Below, in pieces: positions 24,571 to 36,152 of a stretch of 64,000 nucleotides of DNA. The position numbers and the translations under genes were made by a program. The stretch comes from Fistulifera solaris (Eukaryota). The DNA is taken from positions 558,001-622,000 of the forward strand of contig AP026135.1 in the NCBI GenBank assembly GCA_030295235.1, read 5' to 3'. Every line of letters starts with the position of its first letter. The first letter of the stretch is position 1. Under the pieces are notes generated by a model. That model ran no database searches. It was not told the DNA's origin and worked only from the letters and a program-made list of their open reading frames with translations.

Positions 24571-25246
24571 TGTTTATAGTCGATAATCACAAGTTTTGTA
24601 CAATTCGATCTTTTTACACTGGAAGCCGTTCCGACATGAAGGATGAGTCGTCGTGCTCTGGACTGCAAGTACACTGTCAACGTAACAGTTTTCCGCCCAA
24701 TACGTAATACGTACCAATACCCAATACACATAGTCTACAAGCAACAAATTAATGATCACACCCGCTTTCACACAAAAATAACGACGAGGCTCTGCAGGTG
24801 ATCCAGTCAAGTTTGGTTTTAAAAAGAGAAGTGGCTGGATGCTAGGTCGGATAAGGATTTATGGTCCTGGATTGTCTTTGGAGGGTCTAGCACCGCCCGT
24901 CGGGGCCAAGTTGACACACACTCGATGCTCTGAGCGTTGGACATGACCAGACTTCTTTGCAACAAACCAAAACTTTGGAACCTAACGACCCCTTCGACCT
25001 CTTCGTGCTAACTGGACGTCGAATGCACCAGCAAATCATCGAGTGTCGCAGTGTAGTGCAAATTCATTACGAATAGAAAATGGACACGCTCGTTTATTAT
25101 TTGGGAAGTCAGTCAAACTATGCCGTCGTTTGTGCTCTTTGCTTATGAGCTTATGGAGGGGGGTGATAATAAAGCATAAAGCCGTTTCCTCTCGCTCTCT
25201 TTTCGGCCACAATTTATTGGCCAATTCTTCTCGCCACGTCAGGGTC

Positions 25247-25449
25247 AGGGCTTATGGCCATTTCTAACCGGAAGTTTCGTATTTCGTATTTTCGTATTTC
25301 GCGTGCTCCCACACTTGCCCAATTTGCCCAAACGGGAGAGAAATGAAAAATACAGAAATAATCGGCTCACTTTCTCCGTAAAAGCCTTGGGTACGAACCC
25401 AAAATAATACGAAATACGAAACTTCCAGTTAGAAATGGGAAATGGCCCT
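25247..25449. mobile_element. MITE-like non-coding element with terminal inverted repeats
   Basis: 25258-25290 and 25406-25438 are 33 bp inverted repeats with 1 mismatch; outer AGGGC/GCCCT match at equal spacing; no convincing target site duplication. Confidence 0.6.
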
Positions 25450-26171
25450 TCGTTTAATCGGAACGAAAGAGAAGATCGATAAAAGCAGCTGGTAAGAATC
25501 AATAATTACTTGAGCGATTAATACCAATGAAATAGTAAAAAGTATAAGAAGCAGAAAGAACAAAGGCTACTTTCGCCTTTATACTTTCCAGTTTCCAGTC
25601 AACTTTTCCTTTCTGTCTTCATCCTTCATGCTTTCCTTCTTTTCCATTCCTCTTCGGCTTTAAGATAGATACGTAACCGTAATAAATACCCAAAAAGATA
25701 CTAACTACAAATTACCAGATAGTCAATTGCGGAATACTCCGAACTCCGTTCTTCCATGTCTTAATGCCTATCCAACGACGAAAAATTATGTCTATAAAGT
25801 TGACAATGGCGACGTTTTTCGAAATTCCAGTACATAACGATACTGTACAAAAGGCCAGGAAATTGAAGACGAGCAAGCATCACTCTATAAGCAATAACAA
25901 GTTCGACATACCGTCTCGATTCTGTATCGCTCAGATTGTTGGGCCTCTTATTCGGTGGAATAATTTCGTTTCTGTAACGCATGTGCTCAATTTTTGGTCG
26001 GAAGCCGGAAGTCATCAGTCATTTAGGTCGATCTTATGACTGCCGTTCGCACGCACCGCTGCTTCGCCGTTCACCTCTCACCACTGATCGTCATAGATAG
26101 CCTTCTCATCATCTCCTTTTGTATTAACAGCGTCATTGACGAGATCTGGCTGTTTCTAATTAAAAACGAAC

Positions 26172-27731
26172 ATGAATTTTCTCTTCAAGGGCTTGTTGGC
26201 CGCAATTCTGTTGTTCTCATCGGCGCTGGGCCAGAATGCGACGAACTCAACGGTTGAGCCTGATCCAATCGAACCGACGGTTGCACCTGCCGAACAGACC
26301 AATTCGACGGAAGGAACGCAAACTCCAGCACCATCGGCAAGCCCCCAGGTGAACGCGACATCACCACCGATTGAGCCGCCTGAGAAACTTGAGTGTTACG
26401 ACAATACCACTATCCTTCGAGAGCATCTTGCACTGAAAAACGCATTTACGCCCGAGACGTACACCCTTTGCAGCAATACTATTTTCGAGGTTGGAGTTGC
26501 GACGGAGGCTGGTCAGCTGTGCTGTTTAGACGGTCAAGCGCCTCTTCATCCTAGAAGTAATACAAAGATTCAGTGCGGGCCGGACGGAAATCCGAATAAT
26601 AACTGTACGCTCGTGGGTGGTAACTTGCAGCTATTAAACGTCTACCCCGTGTTCAATGAACAGCCCGAAAACGCAGTAATTGAAGGTGTCACATTCAAAA
26701 TGCTATTTCATCCGCTGCGCTATTGCTGAACGGAGGATCTGTTGTGTTTCGAAACTGTATTTTCGAGGTGAGTATTACCTGTTGATCCTGTTTGCTAAAA
26801 GGGATGTGATTTGTCGTATGCTAATAATAATATTATCTTGCAGGGACACAGCGGCGCTTCACCGATATCGACATTCCATAGTGCTCCTGATTCGAATCCA
26901 ACTTCGCGAAGGCTAATGGATTCCATAATGGAAGGCCTCAGTCTAGAAGAAAGAGCGTATTTGAGCATTCTCGAATACACCAAACTCCTTAATGGAGAAA
27001 AAAGTGTTGCGGACCTCTTTTGACCTCCGACGCGTTTGCCGTAGTTCCTATGGACGATGTTAGCGTTGAGCGGGGAGAAAAGAGAAGTTTGCAAGCTGGC
27101 GTCGAGTGGAAATTGCAAGAATATGTTTTTGAAGGTTGCACTTTTCAGCACAACGAGCAAGGTACAGGCCACGGCGACCTTCTACTGTTTGGGATAATCA
27201 CTATTCAAGAGGATTCCGATGTTGCAACATTTGATAACTGCACTTTTTACAATAATTCGTACGGTGATCCGGATGATGTGGTGAGTTAAAAAAAACGTGC
27301 TAAGTGGTCGATTGGCCATTATCATGCAGTGGAGTCGAAGCTCACTTTTTATTTCTTCTACCACAGAGCGGATACGCTATCAACGTTGCGGCGGGTTCCA
27401 AAATTACATTGAAAACAATTGTTTCATCGATAATAATTTCATCGGAAAGGGCCCCGTAGTTCTTGCCAGTGCCGATGACCTTTCCGACAGTTCTGGGAAT
27501 TACGGAACCGAAGATGATCTCCTGACGTGTCAGTTCATTTATATGGGCGAAGGGGAGAATTACGAGTGCATTGAGTATGAAGCAAACGAATGTGGGTCTG
27601 GTACAGGTTCAGCTCCAGGTTCTGCTCCAGGTCCTGCTCCAGCTCCAATGGATGATTCTTCGGGAGCTATGTCGAGAACATTGGTGTTGATTTCTCTTGC
27701 TGCACTTGTTGCTTTTGTTTCCTTTGTGTAG
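26172..27731 (+). CDS. Secreted, probably GPI-anchored cell-surface protein with beta-helix-like repeats
   Basis: Signal peptide, Pro/Thr-rich linker, CGPDGNPNNNCTLVGG, FxxCxF repeats, SAPG repeats, hydrophobic C-terminal tail; introns 26768-26843 and 27281-27366; frameshifts near 26700 and 27010. Confidence 0.65.
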
Positions 27732-27811
27732 TAGTAGTGATGTGCTCATCCGCTAATTCGACAGCGAAGCGCGACATAGGGCAAATTTGTAATCTTTAAA
27801 AAGATATTATG

Positions 27812-28762
27812 TTATTGTGAAAGACGATTGTTTGGCAATAACCATTCAGATTGAAATCCCCTTTGAAAGCAGACTATTCCACCCAAATGAGCCAGCCCCA
27901 AGAAATACCGATGAGCATACACGGAGGAAAATGGTCGAGCAAATGCTAAATCAGGTAGACCCATTCCGTTGCAGAATGCGTGCGACAGTACAATAGCAAC
28001 TACCGAACCAGTTCGAAGGTAAATGTAGGCGGAGTAAGCTCCAAATAAACTTGTGTACATGAATTGAACGACGGTTTGTAAGACAATTGTTCGCGGCGGG
28101 GCTTGATGCCAGCGCGAGATGGCATGATGCAAATGAGCCGAACCAAAAAAGATGGGTGCGAGAACGACGATGCGGGAGGTATCCATCCCGGTCGAGCACA
28201 TGATCGATACAATGCACCTCCGAAACAATAATTCCTCCGTAATGGGTGCAATGATGCGATTGCGAAGACAAACCCATCGTTCGTCAGAAGATGATGTGCC
28301 AAATAGGGAATGTGTGACAGGAGCGATGAAAGCAGAATGCCATATTTTGCAAAAGAGAGAAGGAAAAGAATACAAATGCGTCACCGAGGATCGTTGCTGA
28401 TACTCCTGTTGCTTCTTGCGTGTGGCTACTGCCACTTGAACGATCATTTGCGTAATGGATCCCAAGTACAGTAAGGCTGTGTGCGAGACGACCCCAAGAA
28501 TGGTTCGTACAGATTGTCGCCAGGTCAACGATGACCTCTCTTTCGTCGGAATTATGTAAGCAAGAGCCCACGTTGACACTATGCACACAAAAGTTGTAGC
28601 AGCTGTTCTCCATTTAATTTGTAAGTGATTGTCGCGTTCGAGACTTCGAATATGTGAAGGGACGAAATAGTAGATTGAGCCCACAAACGATGTCGAAAGG
28701 ATGCTGCAATACACTAGGGCCGTCGACAGCGGTAAGCGATCCAGCTGATCATTGAGAGACAT
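27812..28762 (-). CDS. RCE1: CAAX prenyl protease 2 (CPBP family)
   Basis: RNRIIAPITEELLFR, FFGSAHLHH, HAFCNGMGLP. Confidence 0.92.
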   Translation of the reverse strand: MSLNDQLDRLPLSTALVYCSILSTSFVGSIYYFVPSHIRSLERDNHLQIKWRTAATTFVCIVSTWALAYIIPTKERSSLTWRQSVRTILGVVSHTALLYLGSITQMIVQVAVATRKKQQEYQQRSSVTHLYSFPSLFCKIWHSAFIAPVTHSLFGTSSSDERWVCLRNRIIAPITEELLFRRCIVSIMCSTGMDTSRIVVLAPIFFGSAHLHHAISRWHQAPPRTIVLQTVVQFMYTSLFGAYSAYIYLRTGSVVAIVLSHAFCNGMGLPDLAFARPFSSVYAHRYFLGLAHLGGIVCFQRGFQSEWLLPNNRLSQ

Positions 28763-29045
28763 GTGCTTTTCGACGTTGAATATTAGAATTGATTAATTTG
28801 TCTAGATTGATATTGAAATCCATTATCGCCCATCGTCAAAATAAAATGCAGAAAGGGACGGGCGAATAAATAATTATTCGTTCGTCGACCGCCGCGCTCA
28901 TTGCGGCTGTCGCATAGCGTCTTGAATACTGGGGACTAAGATTGAAGGGACTGATGTAGGGGTAGAAAAAATGTTATTGTCGTTTATTGTTGCCTTACCA
29001 CTTACCAGTTATTGTTGTTAATACCATTATAAAATTAACAATGAA

Positions 29046-30302
29046 ATGTCTTGGGAAAGAGAAGAATGCATAACATATGTGACACTAGGAGACGGCGATT
29101 TCACGTTTTCGCTCGATTTGGCTGGTTGGCTTTCGGATGCAACGATTCGTGACAACAAAGGCCGCAGTTATTTGCAGCGGCGAAAGCTTTTGTGTACAGG
29201 GCTGGATTCGCTGCCAAGCTTGACATCAAAATATCGCGATACTCCGTTTATTTTGAATCAATTAAGCACACGTGGTGATGATGGAGCCTTCTCAGTGACG
29301 GTCGAGCACGAAGTGAATGCGATGGAGTCTCCGACAACTCTAGCATCACACTTGCCGGCGCAGATCATCCTCTTCAATCATCCGCACTTGGCGACCGAAA
29401 ACGCCAAGCTTCATTACAACTTTCTGTGTCACTTATTTCATTCTGTGTGGCATTATTATATTGCTGCTAATGGGATATTTCTCTTAACGTTGGCTCGAGG
29501 TCAGTACGAACGATGGGATTGCGGGAAAGCTGCCGAGAAACAGGGAATGAGACTCGTTTGGCGTGGTCCATTTCAGCCACCGCAGCCAGCGAAGAATAAA
29601 GAGTATAGCCATAGAACGTACTATGCTTCTCGCCGGCATCAAACTGGAAAATCGTTTGCAAACCGAGTTCTTGGTACAAGCGAATCGTTTGCGTATCAGC
29701 GCCTACTAGATACTCCTGATCCGCAATGGGAACAGTACGTTGGATGGTTATTTTCACCACATTCTTCTACCTCAAAAGAAGGAGAGAATACTGAAGAAGC
29801 GGAACCGGATCAACAGAAAACGCTAAACGCTTCTCATCCCTGTCCTTTCTGCGACAAGGTTTTCTCCGAAGAGCGTTCTGTCCAGAGTCATATTGGGCAC
29901 AAACATTGCAAACGGAAGCGAGAATCAAAAGTATCATGTGACCTTTGCTCGCGTGAAGGTCTTAACCGTGTATTTGAAAGTGCTCAAGGATTGGAGGATC
30001 ATATTAATGCCCGACACCAAGCTGTCCATAAATCAATTCGTCCCGATTGGTGTCAAACCTCAAACCAAACAAACGCAGAAAAGCCGACCACTGTTCCCCA
30101 CGGAAGCTGTCCTATTTGTAATGCCCGATTAATTGGTTCTGATGCAGATCAAGTCTTGAAAATTCACATGGAAAGCTTTTTGCCACCGATCGATCGCTCC
30201 GGCCAACCCTCTTTTGAATGCACTTATTGCAAAAGGTTTTCCAGCAAAATAGAGCTCGCCTACAACACGAAAATCATTGCGCTAAAAGAGATGTTGATTT
30301 AA
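29046..30302 (+). CDS. DUF2431/BMT5-like rRNA uridine methyltransferase domain + C2H2 zinc fingers
   Basis: LGDGDFTFS and ILFNHPH; fingers CPFC..H..H, CDLC..H..H, CPIC, CTYC; 3' end probably frameshifted. Confidence 0.75.
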   Translation: MSWEREECITYVTLGDGDFTFSLDLAGWLSDATIRDNKGRSYLQRRKLLCTGLDSLPSLTSKYRDTPFILNQLSTRGDDGAFSVTVEHEVNAMESPTTLASHLPAQIILFNHPHLATENAKLHYNFLCHLFHSVWHYYIAANGIFLLTLARGQYERWDCGKAAEKQGMRLVWRGPFQPPQPAKNKEYSHRTYYASRRHQTGKSFANRVLGTSESFAYQRLLDTPDPQWEQYVGWLFSPHSSTSKEGENTEEAEPDQQKTLNASHPCPFCDKVFSEERSVQSHIGHKHCKRKRESKVSCDLCSREGLNRVFESAQGLEDHINARHQAVHKSIRPDWCQTSNQTNAEKPTTVPHGSCPICNARLIGSDADQVLKIHMESFLPPIDRSGQPSFECTYCKRFSSKIELAYNTKIIALKEMLI

Positions 30303-30406
30303 ATAGAAAATGATAGAAGTTCTGTCACAGCAGATGGTTGACGCATCCCGAGATCACGGCGCATCCGTAGAAGCAACAGCCATCTCCACGGATGAATAGT
30401 ATAGTA

Positions 30407-31339
30407 CTAGTCAAACGAGGGGTCCGGGGGCATCATGTCATCAAATATTGCTAGATTGAGTTGAGGCTGATTTGCTGGAAGAGGGATAATTTTTGTTACC
30501 TGTGAGGGAGGTTTCCAGTGAGGCATTCCGGTCGGACTTAGAACAATCGGCTGCTTCGCATTTGCCGCAAAAGGGTAGGCTGTCGGCGGGCATCCCAACC
30601 TGGCAGCATAAGGACCATGAAACATAAAAGATAGATTCATACCAGGAGGAAAGCCAAGCGGTGTGTTACTTCGAACTTTCTGCTTGTCTTCTTCTTTCTT
30701 TTGCTTCCAAGCTTTCATTGCTGCCGTGTACTTTTCTCGTTCGTCTTTTTCCTTCTGCACAAAAGGGCGGCGTTCATTATCAGTGAGTGAGCGCCACATT
30801 TGACCCAAAATGCGTGAAATTCCCGTATTCTTCATGTCGGGATTTTTCTCGCTCAGCTCCTTTCGTTTGCCCACGCTGAAGAACAAGAAGGCTGACATTG
30901 GGCGGCGGGGTGCTGAACGACACGTTAGTTTCGTACTCGATATCAAGCAATCGACAAAGACGGACTTACCCGCAGGGTCCTTCTTCTGTCTCCTAGATGA
31001 CACTTTCCATGGTCCTATGTATGCCTTCTTTTCGTCCAGAAACCGCTGCTTGTCCTTAGCAGCAATATCGTTCCAGTCTTTTCGCTCTTCTTGAGAAAGA
31101 CTCCTCCACAATTCTGACGAGCGCTTCGATACGGATTCAATGCTCGCACTTTCTCCTAGTTCTTTTTTAATCTCACTTTGTTTGGCCATGAAGAAGCAAA
31201 TGTAAGAACTTTTGAATCGTTTTGGAGCCTGCGGAGCTTTCCGAAGAGCGGGACCTTTTCTCTTTTTCTTCGTCTTGTTGTCCTGAAGGGGAAGAGTTTC
31301 AATATCATCAACTCCTGCGTCCTCGGATTCCTCAATCAC
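30407..31339 (-). CDS. Two-HMG-box protein
   Basis: APKRFKSSYICF and APRRPMSAFLFF boxes; 57 bp in-frame intron 30913-30969; start uncertain. Confidence 0.88.
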   Translation of the reverse strand: MIEESEDAGVDDIETLPLQDNKTKKKRKGPALRKAPQAPKRFKSSYICFFMAKQSEIKKELGESASIESVSKRSSELWRSLSQEERKDWNDIAAKDKQRFLDEKKAYIGPWKVSSRRQKKDPAGKSVFVDCLISSTKLTCRSAPRRPMSAFLFFSVGKRKELSEKNPDMKNTGISRILGQMWRSLTDNERRPFVQKEKDEREKYTAAMKAWKQKKEEDKQKVRSNTPLGFPPGMNLSFMFHGPYAARLGCPPTAYPFAANAKQPIVLSPTGMPHWKPPSQVTKIIPLPANQPQLNLAIFDDMMPPDPSFD

Positions 31340-32356
31340 ACTTAATTCATCGCCCTGTGGGATGTTGCATCATAAGTGCATACAACCACAAACAACGAGA
31401 GAAACATCGACAACCGAGACAAACACACGACAAGTAAATGAAAATGTATGAGCAATGAATTATCAACTTTTACAGTGATATACAACATGGCATTTTCACG
31501 CACATTTCCCAGAGCTGCCATGATGTCAAAAGAAGCTTCGAAAAGATTTTTGTAGCTTTTGGTAATTCAAGGAACCTTGTACCAGGGTATGAACACTTAT
31601 TATTTGTTTCAATGGAATGCGCGGCGGAAAAAAGTTTAAAAAAGCTCATCGCAACGGTCATCGTTTCCTGACTGACATCCAGTCGTGAAGAAGTTCAGCC
31701 TACATACGGAGTACTACGGAAGTTTACTACTCCGTAATTTGTTTTTCTTACGATTTGCAATTGATGTTCTCCATTCTAACGACACCATGGAAATAGTAGC
31801 TTTTGTCATAGAATCATTCCATGAAGCTACCTGGTAGTGATCCTATACCAATCATAAGTCAAGATTTTACAGTTACTGAACATCAATCGAGTCGGATGCA
31901 AAGACGTCATGGTCGTGGTCATGGTCATGGAGGAGTTTAAAGTTGTTTGTTGTTTACATCATAACTTTTTTTTTTGAAACGTGTCCTTTTATAGTATTAC
32001 TTTCTCTACTTATTAATGACGGAGGATCAGTTGAGTTGTATCTAGTACGCTCAGACGGGAAACGGAAGATTGCGAGGGAGCCGCATTAAGAATACGGTTA
32101 GTAGATAGATAGAGGGAGACACGGGAACGCACCTCTGCTTGGTACATTTCTCTACGGGGGCCTACGTGAGTGTACACTTTTTCCCGCACCTTGCAAGCAC
32201 CGAACCTGTCCATCATCCGGAATCATCCGGACTAAAAGCTAGATCGCAAACACCAACCAAAAACCTTTTGCTTAAAAGGTTCTGCAACAAAATTTCGAAG
32301 CCGCGACAATTTCCCTCAACCCATTGAAGTTTACCCTATCAATCAATAGTATTCAA

Positions 32357-33516
32357 ATGGCGTCATTACTGACTTCAATATTTGGAGATCGCGAAGAGAA
32401 GCCGGCTTCCTTGAAGCTGTTTAACGAGCAAGTTCACCATCATCCGCCTATCGAAAACGGAGAGAGAGATACGACACTCTTTACGACCAAGAGACATGAC
32501 GAAGACAGAAAAGATACTCCCAATCAATTGGTGAAGCGACAAAAGAAGGAGGATGAGAGAGAGAAAAGAAGAGCAAGAAAGACAGGACAAACTGACCGTC
32601 TTTGTGGGAAATCTCCCTGTCGACATGACACGTAAACAACTAGGAAATCTCTTTGCCAGTTGTGGCAAGGTCGTGACCACGCGGATCCGATCCGCGGCTG
32701 TAACTCCAGTGAAAGTTGCGAGAGCACGTGATCCGGGCTTGGTGAAAAAAGCTGCTTTTTTGACGGGAAAACTGGATACAAGTGTCAAAGCATCGGTACA
32801 TGGGTATGTGCTCTTTGAGACCGATGACGCCGTGCAAAAGGCTTTACTACTCAACAACACCAAACTAGAAGACGGAAGGCGCATTCGGTGGATACTGCTG
32901 TCCCGAGTTGGACAGAAAATACGAAAAGAGCGGTGTTTGTAGGAAATCTTCCCTTTGATGATGCTGATGCTGAGTCGGGTCTACATCAACACTTCGCCAA
33001 ACACTGTAGTTGCGAAGAAGAAGATATTGAAGCCGTGCGAGTCATTCGAGACAAGGAAACGTTTGCCTCGAAAGGATTTGGCTATGTTTTGTTTAGTAGC
33101 AGTGCACTTCAAGCAACTGCCCTGAGATGTGTGCCCGGAACAAAATACAAAGATAGGGAACTTCGGGTAATGCCATGTCGCAAAGAAAAACGAAAGAGCA
33201 AGGAACAGCAAGCTGTGGGCAAGACTTCCGTCGATGTTAGAGAGAAGAAACCACAAAAAGTAAAATGAAGTCTGACGCATATGATAGCCGAGTCGTGGAA
33301 GATAAAGCGAAGGTTGTCGGGGTTCTTCGACGACTGCTTGCTAAGGATGAGAAAGCGAGTAGAGAGAAGAAGAAGCGAGCTCGCGGTGCACCAAAGACGA
33401 CAACGACTCCGCTCAAAAGCGGCGTTTCAAAGAAAAAAGCGAAAGCCGACAAGCTCGTCCACAAAATGATTCAGAAGAAAGTTGACAAAGAAATCAGCCA
33501 ACGCAAGAGAAAATAG
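32357..33516 (+). CDS. RBM34: Nucleolar two-RRM protein RBM34/NOP12
   Basis: TVFVGNLP, RIRSAAV, HGYVLF, AVFVGNLPF, VRVIRD..KGFGYVLF, Lys-rich tail; several frameshifts (about 32570, 32888, 33260). Confidence 0.8.
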
Positions 33517-33628
33517 ATTCGATTCGATTCGTTCCGTCAAGAGTTTTGCTTTATGGAGACTAGCTTTTCAATTTTTCGAGAGAAATGTGTATTTAGGCAA
33601 CGTCGGAGCTTTGAAAGATAATTATTAT

Positions 33629-35078
33629 TCATGTTTTCAACGGTTCATTAGGTTGCTCTAATGACTTAACTTCGTCGACCGCCTGCTTCAGGTATTCTGC
33701 AGTGACAATGCAGTCTTCTATATGTGATTGATTCCATTCAACGGCCCGCTCAAGAGCTCGACTAGCGGCGACTCGGACGACACTGGCCAAGGATGCGCCG
33801 GTAAATCCATCGCACATGCGTGCAATGTCGTCCAATAGGTCCGGGTATGTTGGTAGTGATTGCAATGTTGTCCTGGACATGCGAAACGCAATTGTACCTT
33901 CCGGAGGATCACGCACTAACAAACGCCCTGAAGAGTACATCGCTCTTGTATGCACCTGAAGTATGCTGATACGCTGCTCAACACTTCGAGGAGGTGGAAT
34001 CTCAATCTGTACTTCGAACCGTCCAGCTCGCAACAACGCCGGGTCAATTAAATGCCGTTGGTTTGTCAATGCTATGACCAGTGTGGGGACTGGAAGTGGG
34101 TCAATACCGTCCATTTTGGCAAGAAGCTGATTTACTAGACTATCTCTCGCAATGCCGGCATCCGTTTGATGATCACCCCCACGACGTCGCGAAATCGCAT
34201 CGAACTCATCAAATACTGGTATCAACAAAATATCGTTTCAAAGTGAGGAGGCAATGTGAGACTTGCCGCAGTAAATTCAGCTTAACTTACCTATAACATG
34301 CAAGGCTGTGTCTTCAAGAGCTTGACTGTAAGACGGTTGACTCTTTTGAATAGCGTCATAAACTGGGGGAGGATGATCGAAAATTTGTCGTAAGTTTCGT
34401 TCGCTCGAACCTACATACTTTTCCAGTATTTCGGGCCCTGCGACCATAGTTATTGGCCTAGACTTGAAAAAAAGCGGGTGTCTTAGTATTGAGTCAGTCG
34501 CCTCCATTCTCTCTTTCGGCGACTTACCGCAAAGGAGAAAGTAGCCTTGATAAATTCTTAGCGATTAATGTCTTTCCACAGCCAGGGGGGCCATACAGGA
34601 GCAGCCCTTGCACAGGTCGAGTACCTGCTCTTGAGGATATCAGGCCAAGCTCCTGTAGAATGTTGGGGGGAGTGATCAAAGGGATCCAGATGCGCCGTTT
34701 TATCTCACTCCAGACATCGTCTAGTCCACCAATACCATAAGTTTGACGTGCCTCGTCAAAGTAAGAGTAGCTTGGGAAGGATTGATGTTTAAAACCTGCT
34801 GAGGCTTGAGATTCGGGTCGTTCCCTATTTATTTGTTTTCTCTTACGATTGCTGTCGACGATTTTTTGTGGCTCTTCAGAAGCTTCCAAACTTATTCGGT
34901 ATTCTTCCCACCTTTTTCGTTCACTTGCTTCTCGGCGACGGAGATCCCCCAAATCATCGCGTTCCTTATCCAGTTTATGGTAGGCATGAGAAGCAATTTC
35001 TTTGCTATATGACGGGCTTGCGGAGTGTGTCCAGATTATGCTGAACCAGAGAGACACCGAGCATGAGTACCAACGCAT
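33629..35078 (-). CDS. NSF/Sec18-like single-domain AAA+ ATPase
   Basis: GIGGLD, GLLLYGPPGCGKT, GPEILEKYVGSSE, LHVIVFDEFDAI, NQLLAKMDG, ALLRAGRFEV; introns 34458-34527 and 34216-34290. Confidence 0.85.
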
Positions 35079-36152
35079 ATTGCCTCTTCGTATCGGTCTG
35101 ACGACTCCTTTGTGACAGCTTAGGACACCTTGAAGGGGTTTTGTTAGTTGTTGACACGTATCATTGACATGAAGTTCATCAACGCTTCCATTTGGCTCGC
35201 ATTTTCTGCATTCATTGCATTGAGGTTAGGTTAGGAACCTCTCACATCCAACGGCTACCAGGCAATGTTGTCGCTCGTACCGGTATTTACCCACACCGAA
35301 TTATTGCTTGAGGTAAAAAAAACCACACCGATACTGGTACCGGAAGCTTTCTAAAGAGGTCTCTAGCAATAAACCATCAAAAATAATAATCCGTATTTAG
35401 CTCCTTACCGGTGAGCGTATTGTCGTTCAGAAAATTAATATACTCTAGTGCTCCGTCCAAGTTTACCAATTGGAGTATGCAAATGACTTGATTAATGAAA
35501 ATGAAGCCAGTTCTTGAGGGGCGAGGTTCCATACGGTGGTTGGTCGATCTTGGCATTCAGCGCCGTAGATGGGACTCTTTGAGATGATCAGTGGTCCCCG
35601 ATTGTGTCTGAATCAGACAGGAGCCCCCTTGCTCACCATTGACCTGGCAGCGGTTTGGTGTTCGGTGGATTTCATCCATTGTCCACTGGGTCAGTTGTGT
35701 TTTTCTAACTTGTATTAGGGATTCGGTCCTCTTGTACTTGTAGGAATAGGACGTAACGTAAGCATAGAGCGCACCTTAATGAGAGGACCGAGAGGCGAAA
35801 GTAACTACTAAGTTCTAACACGTGATATCACCGTGTTGAATTCTAGAACGCGATACCACCGTGGAATAGTTATTACGCAATATGGCTAGGTGTACTACGA
35901 GCGAAATCGTTTAGGTAGCTATAAAATCCTGAGACTCCCGTCTAGATTTTCTATCGACCATAGCTTCATCAGCAATGGTCAGCTGAAAACATAATGGTAG
36001 CAAATGAAAGGTCTCATCGGAATCTGTTCAGAAATGCAATTAAATCCTCCAGATGGAACCCTGTGACTGGCTAGAACTGTTTCCGTGATCCTTCTGCCAA
36101 CCGGTCAGTTGCACTCTAGTGAGCTCAAGCCATTTGTTTTAGCCCTGATCAG

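Noticed and set aside
32357..33516. Frameshifted genes as pseudogenes
   Set aside because: Motifs are intact, no accumulation of in-frame stops, and breaks fall at homopolymers
35515..35705. GC-richer intergenic stretch with GTCCC/GGGGGCT words resembling RNase MRP conserved regions
   Set aside because: Motifs are in the wrong order and no snRNA signature matches
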